In this document: one piece after another, positions 12,096-20,863 of the stretch | Numbering within the stretch: the stretch's first letter is position 1 | Layout of the letters: the number at the start of each line of letters is the position of its first letter | Assembly: GCA_015061665.1 (NCBI GenBank) | Contig: SUWC01000004.1 | Span: 17,275-81,274, forward strand | Reading direction: 5' to 3' | DNA: 64,000 bases | From: Lentisphaerota bacterium | Lineage (GTDB): Bacteria; Verrucomicrobiota; Kiritimatiellia; RFP12; UBA1067 | Notes under the pieces: generated by a model | What the model saw: the letters and a program-made list of their open reading frames with translations, nothing else | Told to the model about the DNA's origin: nothing | Database searches by the model: none | Translations under genes and position numbers: made by a program

Positions 12096-13229
12096 CTAGA
12101 ACTCCAGAGTTATGCCCTGACGCAGGTACGTCGGCGTGTCGAGGTCCATGCCGTGCCATATCGTCGGCGCGACGTTGTTGAACCTCCCGCGCCCCTGCGG
12201 ACCCTGGCTGAGCGGATTCTTCGCGGCCCTGCGCGACGGGCGCGAAGGCTGCGGCTTGCGATCCTCTGCCGAGAGCGCGAAAGGCGACGCATCCGCCTCG
12301 GGGCGCGGCGCGAAGCCGGCCTCGAAGAGCATCGCGACGACGGAGATGCGCCCCGAGAAAGTCGCCTCGTCGTTTACCGTCGCCAGCTCGAACACGCTCT
12401 TCTCGCCGAAGGCGGTCTGGAGTCCGCCAGCAATCTTGCCGACTTCGGAAAGGCGCAGGTCGTCTCCGGCGAGGATTCCGCAGAGGATCGACCTCACGGG
12501 CGACGACCCAAAAGCGAGGAACGGCGACTGCGTCAGCGAAACGACGATTTTGTCGGCGCGGTGCTCGCCGTTCGCGGTCGCGACGGCGAAGCGGCCGCGT
12601 CCAGCGCCCTTCACGAGCTTGCGCAGGCGCTCGACGTCGAGCCTTATGTAGCCTGGCTTGCCGACGAGCCGCCAGAAGAGAGTGACCGCCGATGCAAGCG
12701 TGTCGACGGCGCGCTTCAGGGCCTCGGCCATGTTGTCCTCTCCGGCGACAAGGTCGTTGAGCGGCATGAAGAACGTCGACGCGGCGAACTCGGAGACTTG
12801 CGACATTACGCCGCGCGCGTTGCGCAGGCGGTCCTCGCCCTCGAATGTGAACGGCGTGGTCGCGAAAACGACGACGGGGATTCCAAGCGAGTCAAGGTGC
12901 TTTACGATCTCGCTCGTTGCGCCTCCGCCCGTGCCGCCGCCGAGCGCCGTGACGACTACGGCGAGCCGCACGCCCTCGATGTGCTGGTCGAGGGAAGATG
13001 CCGACTCCTCCGCGGAGAGGCTGGCCGCGACGGTGTCTCCGCCGGCGCCGTGACCCGCGAGGCGACCGCCCCCGAGCAGCACGAACGGCTCGCCCTCGCG
13101 CCCCGTCGACGCATCCGTGTCGACGAGAAGGTAGCGTAGGCCCTCGCCGAACGCGCGCCTGACGCCCCTGGCCATCGCGGAGCCCGCTCCGCCGACCCCT
13201 ATCAGAAGTATCGTCGATTCAGAGTTCAT
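12096..13229 (-). CDS. ftsZ: Cell division GTPase FtsZ (divergent)
   Basis: 377-aa ORF with IGVGGAGS, ALGGGTGGGAT, TTPFTFEG and the C-terminal peptide DLDTPTYLRQ. It lies directly downstream of ftsA (ATGA overlap). Confidence 0.85.
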   Translation of the reverse strand: MNSESTILLIGVGGAGSAMARGVRRAFGEGLRYLLVDTDASTGREGEPFVLLGGGRLAGHGAGGDTVAASLSAEESASSLDQHIEGVRLAVVVTALGGGTGGGATSEIVKHLDSLGIPVVVFATTPFTFEGEDRLRNARGVMSQVSEFAASTFFMPLNDLVAGEDNMAEALKRAVDTLASAVTLFWRLVGKPGYIRLDVERLRKLVKGAGRGRFAVATANGEHRADKIVVSLTQSPFLAFGSSPVRSILCGILAGDDLRLSEVGKIAGGLQTAFGEKSVFELATVNDEATFSGRISVVAMLFEAGFAPRPEADASPFALSAEDRKPQPSRPSRRAAKNPLSQGPQGRGRFNNVAPTIWHGMDLDTPTYLRQGITLEF

Positions 13230-14422
13230 TTCTTGAAGACCCCCAAAAGTGACTGGAAGAAGCTCTTCTCCTCGTAGTTGCGGTGGGCGTACATGAGCGC
13301 GCCGGCTATGGCGGCGAACGACGACGCGTTGCCGAGGCGGTCGAGTCCGTCGACGTTGGACGGCACGCCGACCCGCGTCGTCATGCCGAGCTCGCGCGAA
13401 AGGAGTTCGGCGAAGCCTGACATCTCGGCGCCGCCTCCCGTGAGCACGATGTCGCCGTGGAGGCGGTGGTCCAGCCCGTGGTATTCGAGCGCCTCGCGTA
13501 TCATCTCGGCTATCTCGCGGCAGCGCGCGTTCACGACTGTGTCGAGCGCGTGGCGCGAGATCGTGCGCTTTTCGAGAAGCGGGGTCGAGCCAGGTATCCT
13601 CACCCTTCCCGTCCCGTTGCGCCCGATCGCGGCGGACGCCTCGGTCACCTTCAGCTCCTCGGCCTGGGCGTTTGTCGTCTGGAACGCATGGGAAATGTCG
13701 TTCGTGATGTGGTCTCCGCCGACGCCCAGCACGCCGGCCGCGGCAAGGTACGAGTCAGAGTAGACGGCGTATCCCGTCGATCCGCCGCCCAGGTCGAGCA
13801 CGAGAGTCCCGTTGCGCCTGTCGGCGTCCGTAAGCGTCGCGTCCGCTGCGCACGTCGCGGCGAACAGGGGGTCGCGCAGCTCGAGGTGCGCCTCGCCCGC
13901 GGCAGTCCTCGCGTCGTTGATGCGGTTGGCGTCGGCGTGAATCTGGAGCGTGTCGAGCTTGAGGACGCGCCCCGTCATGCCCTTCGGGGACTGTATGCCG
14001 CCGAGCTCGTCGAGCGAGTAGGCGCGCTCCACGATGTCGAGGAGCTCGCGGTCGCGCCCGATCGGCATCGAGCGGACGGCGCGCGCGACGTTCTCAAGGT
14101 CCTCGCCCGTGACCTTTGCGCCTACGACCTGCACCGAACCCTGGCAGGGCTCGACCTGGACGTGCTGCCCTGACACTACGAGGAAGGCGTTTCCGATCGT
14201 GATGGAAAGACCGTGCTCCTGCTGGTTGCGCTCGATCTCCTTCAGGACGCTGCGAACCGACACCGTAGCCTGCGAGAGGTCGAGTATCTGGCTTTTCCTG
14301 ACACCGGTGGACGGAATGCGCGCGTGGCACGTGACCTTGAGGCGACCGCCCGTCTCGGCCTCGCCGATCGCAAGCGTCGTGTGGGAAGTCCCTATCTCCA
14401 GTGCTGCGTAGATGTTCGTCAT
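13226..14422 (-). CDS. ftsA: Cell division protein FtsA
   Basis: The start was moved to ATG 14422 (MTNIYAALEIGTSHTTLAIGE), which overlaps the ftsQ stop by 4 nt. Actin-fold motifs LVLDLGGGSTG and IVLTGGGAEMSG. Confidence 0.9.
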   Translation of the reverse strand: MTNIYAALEIGTSHTTLAIGEAETGGRLKVTCHARIPSTGVRKSQILDLSQATVSVRSVLKEIERNQQEHGLSITIGNAFLVVSGQHVQVEPCQGSVQVVGAKVTGEDLENVARAVRSMPIGRDRELLDIVERAYSLDELGGIQSPKGMTGRVLKLDTLQIHADANRINDARTAAGEAHLELRDPLFAATCAADATLTDADRRNGTLVLDLGGGSTGYAVYSDSYLAAAGVLGVGGDHITNDISHAFQTTNAQAEELKVTEASAAIGRNGTGRVRIPGSTPLLEKRTISRHALDTVVNARCREIAEMIREALEYHGLDHRLHGDIVLTGGGAEMSGFAELLSRELGMTTRVGVPSNVDGLDRLGNASSFAAIAGALMYAHRNYEEKSFFQSLLGVFKK

Positions 14423-15282
14423 TTTATCGGATCCTTCGTGTCCGCGAATACCTTGTTTGGCACGGTGGCGTTGAACGACATGGCGCCTCCGTCGAGCCTC
14501 GACGTCAGGACATGGTGGACGTTCTGGAGCGTCTTGCGCAGGTAGGCCTGCGAGGTCGGCGAAGAGTCGTCCATCCCCTCCCACTTGATCTTGACCGTCG
14601 CCGAGTTGCCGAGGGTCGCCACGAGGTAGTCCTGGTGCGTGGCGTCGACCTCGGCAAGGCGCATGTCGGCGAATTCGCTCTCGGCGCACATGCAGACGAG
14701 CTTCAGCGCCGCCAGGAGGCGCCCGGTCAGGCGCGTCCCCTTCTGGCTCAGCGCGGTCTTCCGCTCGCGGATGCAGGGCAGTATCTTCGTCCCAGGTATG
14801 CGCCGGAACACCACGCCGGCCGTGTCGACGACCCTGCCGGGCTGGTTTCCGTCCTTGACGTCGATGCGCGCGATCGGGATTCGCTCCTCGACGGTGACGA
14901 GTACGTGGTCAGGCATGCGGCGCTCGACGGATATGGTGCGAAGCTCGGGATAGTCCTCAAGTATCTTCTCCCTCCTCGCCGCGAAGTCGATGCGCGCAAG
15001 GTTGACGCCGTTGGTAAGGGAAAGTTTCCTGAGAAGGACGTCGACGGGCACCTTGGAGCACCCCGAGACGTGGACCTGCCGCGTGTAGTCGAGCAGCACG
15101 CACTGGCTCTCCCACGCGTCGCGGAGCCTGAGGTACGCACAAGAGCACCCGATGGCTAGCGCGGTCAGGAAGACGAAGGACACCACGCCAATGACAATGC
15201 GCTGGGTTGAGCCGTACTCGCCGAAGCGGAGCGGACGCCACATCGAGTTGAAAAGTGTGCTGTTCTTCCTGTTCTTCTTCAT
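14419..15282 (-). CDS. ftsQ: Cell division protein FtsQ (POTRA domain)
   Basis: The start was moved to ATG 15282 (MKKNRKN..), a 4-nt overlap with the ddl stop. One TM (IVIGVVSFVFLTALAIG) is followed by the POTRA-like segment VHVSGCSKVPVDVLLRKLSL...LRTISVERRMPDHVLVTVEER. Confidence 0.75.
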   Translation of the reverse strand: MKKNRKNSTLFNSMWRPLRFGEYGSTQRIVIGVVSFVFLTALAIGCSCAYLRLRDAWESQCVLLDYTRQVHVSGCSKVPVDVLLRKLSLTNGVNLARIDFAARREKILEDYPELRTISVERRMPDHVLVTVEERIPIARIDVKDGNQPGRVVDTAGVVFRRIPGTKILPCIRERKTALSQKGTRLTGRLLAALKLVCMCAESEFADMRLAEVDATHQDYLVATLGNSATVKIKWEGMDDSSPTSQAYLRKTLQNVHHVLTSRLDGGAMSFNATVPNKVFADTKDPIK

Positions 15283-16226
15283 CGCCTGTCGAAAGTTGCA
15301 GCGGAAAGTATGCGCTCGCATACCTCCGCAAAGGTAAGCCCGGTCTTCATCCCTGCCTTGGGCACGAGCGAATGCGAAGTGAAGCCGGGGGAAGTGTTGA
15401 GTTCGAGGACGAATGGACGCCCCTCGCCGTCGACCCTGAAGTCAGCGCGCGCCACGCCGCGGCATCCAAGGGCGTCATAGGCGGCGAGGGCGACCTTCTT
15501 CAGAGTCTCCTCGAGCGCGGCGTCGGAAGCGTTGCCGCTGTCGGAGAGGAACGGATAGCGTGTCTCGTCCGAATTGTACTTCTCGTCGTATCCGTACCAT
15601 CCGCCCTTGGCGACGATTTCGATCGCGGGCAGAGCCTCGCCGTCTATCACGCCGACCGTGGTCTCGCGTCCGTCGACATACCGCTCGACAATCGCCTCGC
15701 CGGCGTTGCCAGCCGCTGCGTCAATGCGCCTTGCATCCTCGACGGCCTTTGCGAACTGCGCGTCGTCCATGCACTTGTATACGCCGACCGAGCTGCCGTC
15801 GCGAGGGGCCTTTACGACGACGGGATAGCCGAAGGGAGAGGCCGTCATCACGTCATCCCTGCCGAGCGCGATCCATTCCGCCGTCGGCACGCCGGCAGCG
15901 TCGAGCGCACGCTTCGTCGCAATCTTGTCCATGGCCCTGCGCGAGCACTCCGCGCCAGGTCCGGTATATGGTATGCCGAGGCGGTCCAGCGCCTCCTGAA
16001 CGCCGCCGTCCTCGCCCCAGCCGCCGTGAAGCGCGATGTAGGCGGCATCTATCCCCTGCGGAACGGCGGAAATATCCTCGGAATCAAGCACCACATCGAC
16101 GACGTCGTACTTTCCGGTCGATTTCAGGGCCTTGGACACATTGGCGCCGCTTACTAGCGACACCTCCCTCTCGTTTGACACGCCGCCCATCAGGACGGCC
16201 ACCCTTTTCTTGCTGTCGTTGTTCAT
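15279..16226 (-). CDS. ddl: D-alanine--D-alanine ligase
   Basis: 315-aa ORF with VAVLMGGVSNEREVSLVSG, ALHGGWGEDGGVQ and FVLELNTSPGFTSHS. Confidence 0.95.
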   Translation of the reverse strand: MNNDSKKRVAVLMGGVSNEREVSLVSGANVSKALKSTGKYDVVDVVLDSEDISAVPQGIDAAYIALHGGWGEDGGVQEALDRLGIPYTGPGAECSRRAMDKIATKRALDAAGVPTAEWIALGRDDVMTASPFGYPVVVKAPRDGSSVGVYKCMDDAQFAKAVEDARRIDAAAGNAGEAIVERYVDGRETTVGVIDGEALPAIEIVAKGGWYGYDEKYNSDETRYPFLSDSGNASDAALEETLKKVALAAYDALGCRGVARADFRVDGEGRPFVLELNTSPGFTSHSLVPKAGMKTGLTFAEVCERILSAATFDRR

Positions 16227-16255
16227 CTTTTGCGGAAATTCCTACTTTGATTGAT

Positions 16256-16264
16256 ATTATACCA
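16256..16264 (-). promoter_or_regulatory. Extended -10 box TGGTATAAT for ddl (29 nt to ATG 16226)
   Basis: Forward attatacca at 16256-16264 in the divergent ddl/dgkA intergenic region. Confidence 0.45.
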
Positions 16265-16301
16265 CAAAATGACCCTGAAAAACCGCGTCGGCGCGGCATT
16301 G

Positions 16302-16310
16302 TGGTATAAT
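16302..16310 (+). promoter_or_regulatory. Extended -10 box TGGTATAAT, 6 nt upstream of the dgkA ATG (leaderless-type)
   Basis: gTGGTATAATattggcATG. The ATG is at 16317. Confidence 0.5.
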
Positions 16311-16316
16311 ATTGGC

Positions 16317-16781
16317 ATGGGAAAGCATCAACAGCACAGGCTGATCGACAACATCAAGACGGTCACGGGCAACATAAAGACGGTTACCGACAACATCAAG
16401 ACGGTAACCGAGCTGAAGTCGCCCGAAGAACTGAGGAGGGCCACGGAATACTCTGTCCGCGGCTTCCGCGCCGTCCTCTTCGGCGAGAAGGCGTTCCGAA
16501 CGGACATCGTCGTCTTCGTCGCCGCAACGGTCGCAGCCGCGCTCATGCCCGTCACGTGGTGCGAGCGCGCGCTGCTCATCTACTCCGTCTTCATGGTGCT
16601 GATGGCCGAAATCATCAACACCGCGATCGAGACCGTCGTAAACCGCATCTCCCTCGAATACCACGAGCTCTCGGGCCGCGCCAAGGACATCGGCTCGGCG
16701 CTCGTGTTCTGCACCTTCTTCGGCGCGGGGATTTGCTGGGCTCTCGTCGTCACGGGGATCCTCGTCAGGAAATACGCATGA
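16317..16781 (+). CDS. dgkA: Diacylglycerol kinase (DgkA family) with N-terminal heptapeptide-repeat extension
   Basis: Core AEIINTAIETVVNRIS..HELSGRAKDIGSA plus three TM segments. I chose the start at ATG 16317 because a perfect TGGTATAAT box sits just upstream of it. ATGA overlap with maf. Confidence 0.8.
   Translation: MGKHQQHRLIDNIKTVTGNIKTVTDNIKTVTELKSPEELRRATEYSVRGFRAVLFGEKAFRTDIVVFVAATVAAALMPVTWCERALLIYSVFMVLMAEIINTAIETVVNRISLEYHELSGRAKDIGSALVFCTFFGAGICWALVVTGILVRKYA
16350..16412 (+). repeat. 3 x 21-bp in-frame tandem repeat (NIKTVT-G/D/E) in the dgkA 5' region
   Basis: The three units are aacatcaagacggtcacgggc / aacataaagacggttaccgac / aacatcaagacggtaaccgag. Differences are mostly at wobble positions. 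Confidence 0.9.
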
Positions 16782-17308
16782 AACTGACACTGGCAAGCGG
16801 AAGCCCCAGAAGAGCGAAGATCCTCGCCTCGCTCGGAGTCGACTTCTCCGTCGCAAGGACGGATGCGCCGGAATCGAGCATTCCGTCAGATCCTGAGCGC
16901 ACCGTGCGCGAAAACGCCCTCGCAAAGGGCGCCGCAGCCCCGGCGGGCGCGAAAAACGTCCTCAGCGCGGACACAATAGTCTGGTTCGACGGCAAGATAT
17001 ACGGCAAGCCCCGCGACCTCGACGAAGCGCGGCGGTTCCTTTCAGAACTCGCAGGGCAGACCCACACCGTCTTCACAGGCGTCGCGTTCGACGGGAAGTC
17101 CGCCGTATGCCGCTCCGACGTGACGTTCCGACCGCTCTCGCCGTCCGAAATCGAAGCCTACATCGCGCGCGTGAAGCCGCTGGACCGCGCTGGCGCGTAC
17201 GACATAGACGTTAGCGGCGACATGCTGATCGAATCCTTCACGGGCGAGCGCGAGAACATAATGGGGCTCCCCGTCGCGCCGCTCAGGGAATGGGGCATCG
17301 TGAAATGA
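16778..17308 (+). CDS. maf: Maf-like nucleoside triphosphate pyrophosphatase
   Basis: The start at ATG 16778 (MKLTLASGSPRRAKIL) overlaps the dgkA stop. Also carries GKPRDLDEARRFL and AGAYDI. Confidence 0.9.
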   Translation: MKLTLASGSPRRAKILASLGVDFSVARTDAPESSIPSDPERTVRENALAKGAAAPAGAKNVLSADTIVWFDGKIYGKPRDLDEARRFLSELAGQTHTVFTGVAFDGKSAVCRSDVTFRPLSPSEIEAYIARVKPLDRAGAYDIDVSGDMLIESFTGERENIMGLPVAPLREWGIVK

Positions 17309-17832
17309 AAGTCCTGCTCCACACTTGCTGCGGACCCTGCGCAAGCGCATGCGCGCCGAGGCTCAAGGCGGAGGGACACTCCGTCAAGCTCTTCTTCGCG
17401 AACTCCAACATCGACACGAAGGAGGAGTACGAGCGGCGCCTTGACTCCGCGCGCATCCTCGCCAACGCCGAGTCGGCGGAGCTGGTCCCCCTTCCCTACG
17501 ACCACGAGGAATGGCTGCGCGAAGTCGCGCAGGGGTATGAAAACGAACCCGAGCGCGGCGAGCGGTGCAGGCGCTGCTTCCGCTACAACCTCGCGAAGAC
17601 GGCCGAGGCCGCCGAGCGCCTCGGGTGCGACGCATTCACAACATCCCTCACCGTCTCGCCGCACAAGCCAAGCCAGGTCGTATTCTCTTCAAGCGACGAC
17701 AAGCGCTTCCTCAAGATCGACTTCAAGAAACGCGAGGGCTTCAAGCTCTCGGTAAGGCGCGCTGCGGAACTCGGGCTCTACCGCCAGAGCTACTGCGGAT
17801 GCGAGTTCTCTCGCGCAAGGAGCGGAAGATAA
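17305..17832 (+). CDS. queH: Epoxyqueuosine reductase QueH (DUF208)
   Basis: MKVLLHTCCGPCAS near the N-terminus and YRQSYCGCEFS near the C-terminus are the DUF208/QueH cysteine signatures. ATGA overlap with maf. Confidence 0.8.
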   Translation: MKVLLHTCCGPCASACAPRLKAEGHSVKLFFANSNIDTKEEYERRLDSARILANAESAELVPLPYDHEEWLREVAQGYENEPERGERCRRCFRYNLAKTAEAAERLGCDAFTTSLTVSPHKPSQVVFSSSDDKRFLKIDFKKREGFKLSVRRAAELGLYRQSYCGCEFSRARSGR

Positions 17833-18176
17833 TGGAACTTTCCATCAACGGAATCGAAGTGGACTGCATCATCGGCGAGCGCGACTACGAGCGGACGATG
17901 ATCCAGCGGCTTTCAGTGGACGCGAAGCTTCAGGTCTGCGACCGCGCGGCCGAGACTGACGAACTGGCGGACGCAGTCGACTACGTCGCCCTTGCGGACA
18001 CTGTGCGCAGCGCGCTGGTCGACGCCAAGTGCAAGCTCATCGAACGCGCCGCGCTGATAGCGGCAAGGGCCTGCCTCTCCTTCGACGGCGTGCTTTCGGC
18101 AGAGGTCTCAGTGACAAAATCAGGCGCGATCCCAGGCATCGGCTCGGCGTGCGCAAGGAACAGGCTCGAGAAATGA
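17832..18176 (+). CDS. folB: Dihydroneopterin aldolase
   Basis: 114 aa: IEVDCIIGERDYERTMIQRLSVDAKL...DELADAVDYVALADTV...LIERAALIAA...VSVTKSGAI. The start overlaps the queH stop (TAATG). Confidence 0.8.
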   Translation: MELSINGIEVDCIIGERDYERTMIQRLSVDAKLQVCDRAAETDELADAVDYVALADTVRSALVDAKCKLIERAALIAARACLSFDGVLSAEVSVTKSGAIPGIGSACARNRLEK

Positions 18177-18928
18177 ACGCCGCGCCGGTAGGTTTCTTCG
18201 ACTCGGGCTACGGCGGACTCTGCATCCACGCGGCTTTTCTGCGGCGATGCCCCGGCGAATCCACCGTCTACATCGCGGACAGCGCGAACTGTCCCTACGG
18301 CAACCGCCCTTCCGCCGAAATCATCCGCCTGTCGGAGGAGAACACGCGCCGCCTCCTCGGCGAATTCGGGTGCAAGATGATCGTGGTAGCGTGCAACACC
18401 GCGACGGCAGCCGCCATCGACTTCCTGCGCGAGAAGTTCGCCCCCTTGCCGTTCATCGGACTCGAACCCGCCGTCAAGCCCGCGGCCCTAAAGTCCAAGA
18501 CCGGCATCGTCGGCGTCCTCGCGACGGCAGGCACCTTCGGCGGCAGGCTCTACCGCGAGACGAAGGACAAGTTCGCGAAGGACGTCACGGTCATCGCGAC
18601 GGTAGCGGACGAATTCGTAACCGAAGTGGAGAACCTTCGCGGCAGGCGCGTCGAGGATCTCCCGGCGGACGAATACAGCCGCGTCGAAGACATCGTCCGG
18701 CGGAAAATCGAGCCCCTGATGGCGGCTGGGGCGGACAAGATCGTGCTCGGATGCACGCACTTTCCGCACCTGAAGTCCGTCATAGAGAAGGTCGCTTCCG
18801 GCAAGGCAGAAGTCATAGAGCCGTCCGAGGCCGTCGCCAGGCAGGCCGCGCGAGTGCTGGCGAAGCTTGGGCTTGAGGCGCCGGACGGCGCCAGCGCAAA
18901 GCACGTATTCATTTCGACGTCAGACTAG
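18173..18928 (+). CDS. murI: Glutamate racemase
   Basis: The start at ATG 18173 (MNAAPVGFFDSGYGGL) overlaps the folB stop. Motifs VVACNTATA and LGCTHFP. Confidence 0.9.
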   Translation: MNAAPVGFFDSGYGGLCIHAAFLRRCPGESTVYIADSANCPYGNRPSAEIIRLSEENTRRLLGEFGCKMIVVACNTATAAAIDFLREKFAPLPFIGLEPAVKPAALKSKTGIVGVLATAGTFGGRLYRETKDKFAKDVTVIATVADEFVTEVENLRGRRVEDLPADEYSRVEDIVRRKIEPLMAAGADKIVLGCTHFPHLKSVIEKVASGKAEVIEPSEAVARQAARVLAKLGLEAPDGASAKHVFISTSD

Positions 18929-20260
18929 CTTTATCTTCCGCCAGCCGCCGAGCCGCCACCTTGCGTACGAGCCGACGAACAGCACCAGCACGTAGACGAC
19001 CGTCGTCGACCACAGCATGGGCATCGTGAAGCGGAACGCGGAGACGACCCACACGAGCGGCAGCCAGACGCCAAACGCGCACAGCGTCATCCACCACATC
19101 ACGAACTTCGTGTCGCCCGCGCCACGCAGCGCACCGCAAAGAACCGTGTCCACCGCGTCAAGCACAAGCCAGCATCCCATCAGAAGGAACAACTTGAACC
19201 CGAGCGACATGAACTGCCCCAGCGCAGCGGGATCCGACGGGGCGAAGAGATGGAGGATCGGGCGGCACAGCACAAGCGTGGCGACGGCGAAAAAGACGGC
19301 TATTCCAGCCGCAAGCAGAACGGTCCGCCGCGCGGACACCAGAGCGCGCCTGTTGTCCCCGCGTCCGCGGGCCTGTCCGACAAGAGTCTGCGCGCCGATG
19401 GCAAATCCCTCCATCGGAGCATAGAGAAGGTAGTTCACTGTGAAAACGGCGTTCGAGGCGGAAAATGCGACGTCTCCGACCTTTTCCGTCACGAAGACGA
19501 AGACCGTGAAGGACAGCATGCCAAGGATGCTGTAGGCGCCGGACGGCACGCCGTAGCGCAGGATGCGCCAAATCAACCGGTGCAGCGGCTCTGTCGCTTC
19601 GCCATCCTTGTCGCGGCGGATCTGCCGCGCCGCGGCGACCGAGAGCGCGATCCACTGGACGGCCATCGAGAAGACGGTCGCATACGCGGCACCTGCTATG
19701 CCGAGGCGGGGGAGTCCGCACCACCCGAATATGAGGAACGGATCGAGCACTATGTTGAGAACGTTGCCCAGCAGGTTGACCCAGAAAACGATCGCCGTGC
19801 GTCCGCGTCCGGTGAAATATGACGCGGCGGACATCTGGGCGCAGACGAAGACGCCTCCCGCCATGCAGATTCCGCAGTATGTCCGCTCCATCTCCAGCAG
19901 TTCCTGCGACGGCGCGGTCTTGAAGAGTATCCAGTTCGCGACAGGCAGAAGGCAGAGCAGCAACGCGCCTGATGCAAACGCTATCATCGTCGCCGCCCTG
20001 TGGCTTGCTGCGCACATGCGAGGGTTCCGCGCCCCATGGTACTGCGCGACGAACACGCCAGAATAAGCCACAATGGACTGGAAGAACCCGACGAAGACCC
20101 AGGAGAGCGTGCAGGCCGGGAGGACCGACTCGAATGCGGCCATCGAGTGCTTGGCGAGGAACGCGCGGTCGACGAACTGCATCGCCGCGTTGTTGACCAT
20201 GCCCATCGCCAGCGGCCATGACAGCTTGAGGATTTCAATATATGGACGTACTGATTTCAC
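18920..20260 (-). CDS. MATE-family efflux transporter
   Basis: 446-aa polytopic ORF: LKLSWPLAMGMVNNAAMQFVDRAFLA, with a 12-TM-like hydrophobic pattern. The start codon at 20260 is GTG. Confidence 0.85.
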   Translation of the reverse strand: MKSVRPYIEILKLSWPLAMGMVNNAAMQFVDRAFLAKHSMAAFESVLPACTLSWVFVGFFQSIVAYSGVFVAQYHGARNPRMCAASHRAATMIAFASGALLLCLLPVANWILFKTAPSQELLEMERTYCGICMAGGVFVCAQMSAASYFTGRGRTAIVFWVNLLGNVLNIVLDPFLIFGWCGLPRLGIAGAAYATVFSMAVQWIALSVAAARQIRRDKDGEATEPLHRLIWRILRYGVPSGAYSILGMLSFTVFVFVTEKVGDVAFSASNAVFTVNYLLYAPMEGFAIGAQTLVGQARGRGDNRRALVSARRTVLLAAGIAVFFAVATLVLCRPILHLFAPSDPAALGQFMSLGFKLFLLMGCWLVLDAVDTVLCGALRGAGDTKFVMWWMTLCAFGVWLPLVWVVSAFRFTMPMLWSTTVVYVLVLFVGSYARWRLGGWRKIKLV

Positions 20261-20268
20261 AGCCTGTC

Positions 20269-20277
20269 ATTATACCA
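20269..20277 (-). promoter_or_regulatory. Extended -10 box TGGTATAAT, 8 nt upstream of the MATE GTG start
   Basis: Forward attatacca at 20269-20277. Confidence 0.45.
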
Positions 20278-20311
20278 AATGCACAGCGGCTTGGACAAAC
20301 GGGCCGCATTT

Positions 20312-20320
20312 TGCTAGAAT
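20312..20320 (+). promoter_or_regulatory. Extended -10 box TGCTAGAAT (with TTGGAC 18 nt upstream), 7 nt before ATG 20328
   Basis: ttggac-18 nt-tagaat gtaggat ATG. Confidence 0.5.
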
Positions 20321-20327
20321 GTAGGAT

Positions 20328-20825
20328 ATGAGATCAAGAATATACAGGTCAATCGTCTTGGCGGGGGCTGTCGTAGCTTCCGCCTCAGGGCTGTTTGGGC
20401 GCGAACTCAGCTCCGCGGAGGGCAAAGGTCCGCTCCTGTCCGCGCGCGAATGGGCCATGATCCGCCAGATCGCAGTGAACTACGACCTCGACAACGAATC
20501 GACGTGGCTGCTAGCCGCCATACGCAGGCACGAGAACGGACGCCCCGGCCTTGAGTTCGGCATCGGGGGCCCGATGAACAGCGGGCACCCTGCGCACCGC
20601 TACCAGGACGGCTTCAAGTCGTTCTATGTGCAGGGCTCGTGGGCGGCGGGAACTGTCCGAAACAACTACAAGGGCGATATCTACGCATTTGGCAAGCGGT
20701 ATTGTCCAGGCGGCTGGAAGAAATGGGCCGAGTCCGTCACGCGGGTCGTCTCGCGGCTCAAGGTTGAAAACAACTTCCGCCTCCCTGGAAAGAAACCGCC
20801 GAAGCGCCCCGTTGACTTTCCGTAA
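20328..20825 (+). CDS. Hypothetical secreted protein
   Basis: 165-aa ORF with a signal-like N-terminus (IVLAGAVVASASG) and the block RRHENGRPGLEFGIGG. No confident family. Confidence 0.6.
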   Translation: MRSRIYRSIVLAGAVVASASGLFGRELSSAEGKGPLLSAREWAMIRQIAVNYDLDNESTWLLAAIRRHENGRPGLEFGIGGPMNSGHPAHRYQDGFKSFYVQGSWAAGTVRNNYKGDIYAFGKRYCPGGWKKWAESVTRVVSRLKVENNFRLPGKKPPKRPVDFP

Positions 20826-20863
20826 GGGCGCTTCGGCGTTCATGAGCAGCTGTAGCTGGCGCG

